Part shown: one piece after another, positions 63,670 to 64,000 of the stretch | How the letters are laid out: the number at the start of each line of letters is the position of its first letter | How positions within the stretch are numbered: the stretch's first letter is position 1 | NCBI RefSeq assembly: GCF_963921235.1 | Contig: NC_086108.1 | Span: forward strand, 112,346,001-112,410,000 | Source: Mobula hypostoma | Taxonomy: Eukaryota | Length of the DNA stretch: 64,000 nt | Direction: 5' to 3' | The notes under the pieces: model-generated | What the model saw: the letters and a program-made list of their open reading frames with translations, nothing else | What the model was told of the DNA's origin: nothing | Database searches by the model: none | Position numbers and translations under genes: made by a program

Positions 63670-64000
63670 TACAGATGCTAGAAACCTTGAACAACATACA
63701 CAAAATGCTGGAGAAACTCGGCAGGTCAGGCAGCATCTATGGAGGAGTATAAACGGTCAATGTTTTGGGTTGAGACCCTTCATCAGGACTGGAAAGGATT
63801 CTGTCCACAACAGCCATTCTGACATGGCCTCTTCTTCCATTATAATAGAGGGAGCAACACCTCATATTCAGTCAGAGTAGCCTCCAATATGACAGGAACA
63901 TCAATTTCACCAATTTCCAACAATCACTCACCCCCACCCCCACTTCTCTTTCTCTATTCCCATTTTGGTTACCCTCTCAACCCTTCTCTTCTCCTTACCT
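63670..64000. mobile_element. Penelope-like head-to-head arrangement (inverted tail 63670-63797 + sense GIY-YIG end/3' UTR)
   Basis: Minus-strand tail with decayed hammerhead, then + strand gagcaacacctcatattc...gtagcctccaa (EQHLIF). Confidence 0.7.

Noticed and set aside
63358..63681. 107-aa ORF / possible exon
   Set aside because: Starts in antisense CR1 and ends in an old PLE tail; weak acceptor; no recognisable protein

Overview
Eukaryotic, repeat-saturated non-coding DNA (large intron or intergenic). The repeat families (HE1-like V-SINEs, esterase-ORF1 CR1 LINEs, Rex1/Babar, Penelope-like tails) point to a cartilaginous fish, probably a ray (inference). No host exon, rRNA, true tRNA or CRISPR array could be supported, and essentially all recognisable ORFs are decayed transposon proteins. 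Contents: several CR1 subfamilies (one near full length, 54430-58248), many Rex1/Babar and RTE fragments and derivatives, a complete but frameshifted Gypsy element (44885-49234; ACTG TSD, tRNA-Trp PBS), a solo LTR, three Tc1 relics, a 43-bp hAT micro-MITE, SINEs and minisatellites. Most interesting signals: (1) Penelope-like tails carrying a minimal type I hammerhead ribozyme, including fold-back insertions with a ribozyme core on each strand; (2) a ~1.4-kb flank+CR1 unit present twice 22 kb apart, apparently copied from 31649-33038 to 9565-13267; (3) a SINE/LINE-like composite with a GC-rich internal repeat; (4) a Gypsy gag-pol junction with both a -1 slippery site and a TAATG overlap. All alignments were done by eye. 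Boundaries without a stated TSD are approximate.
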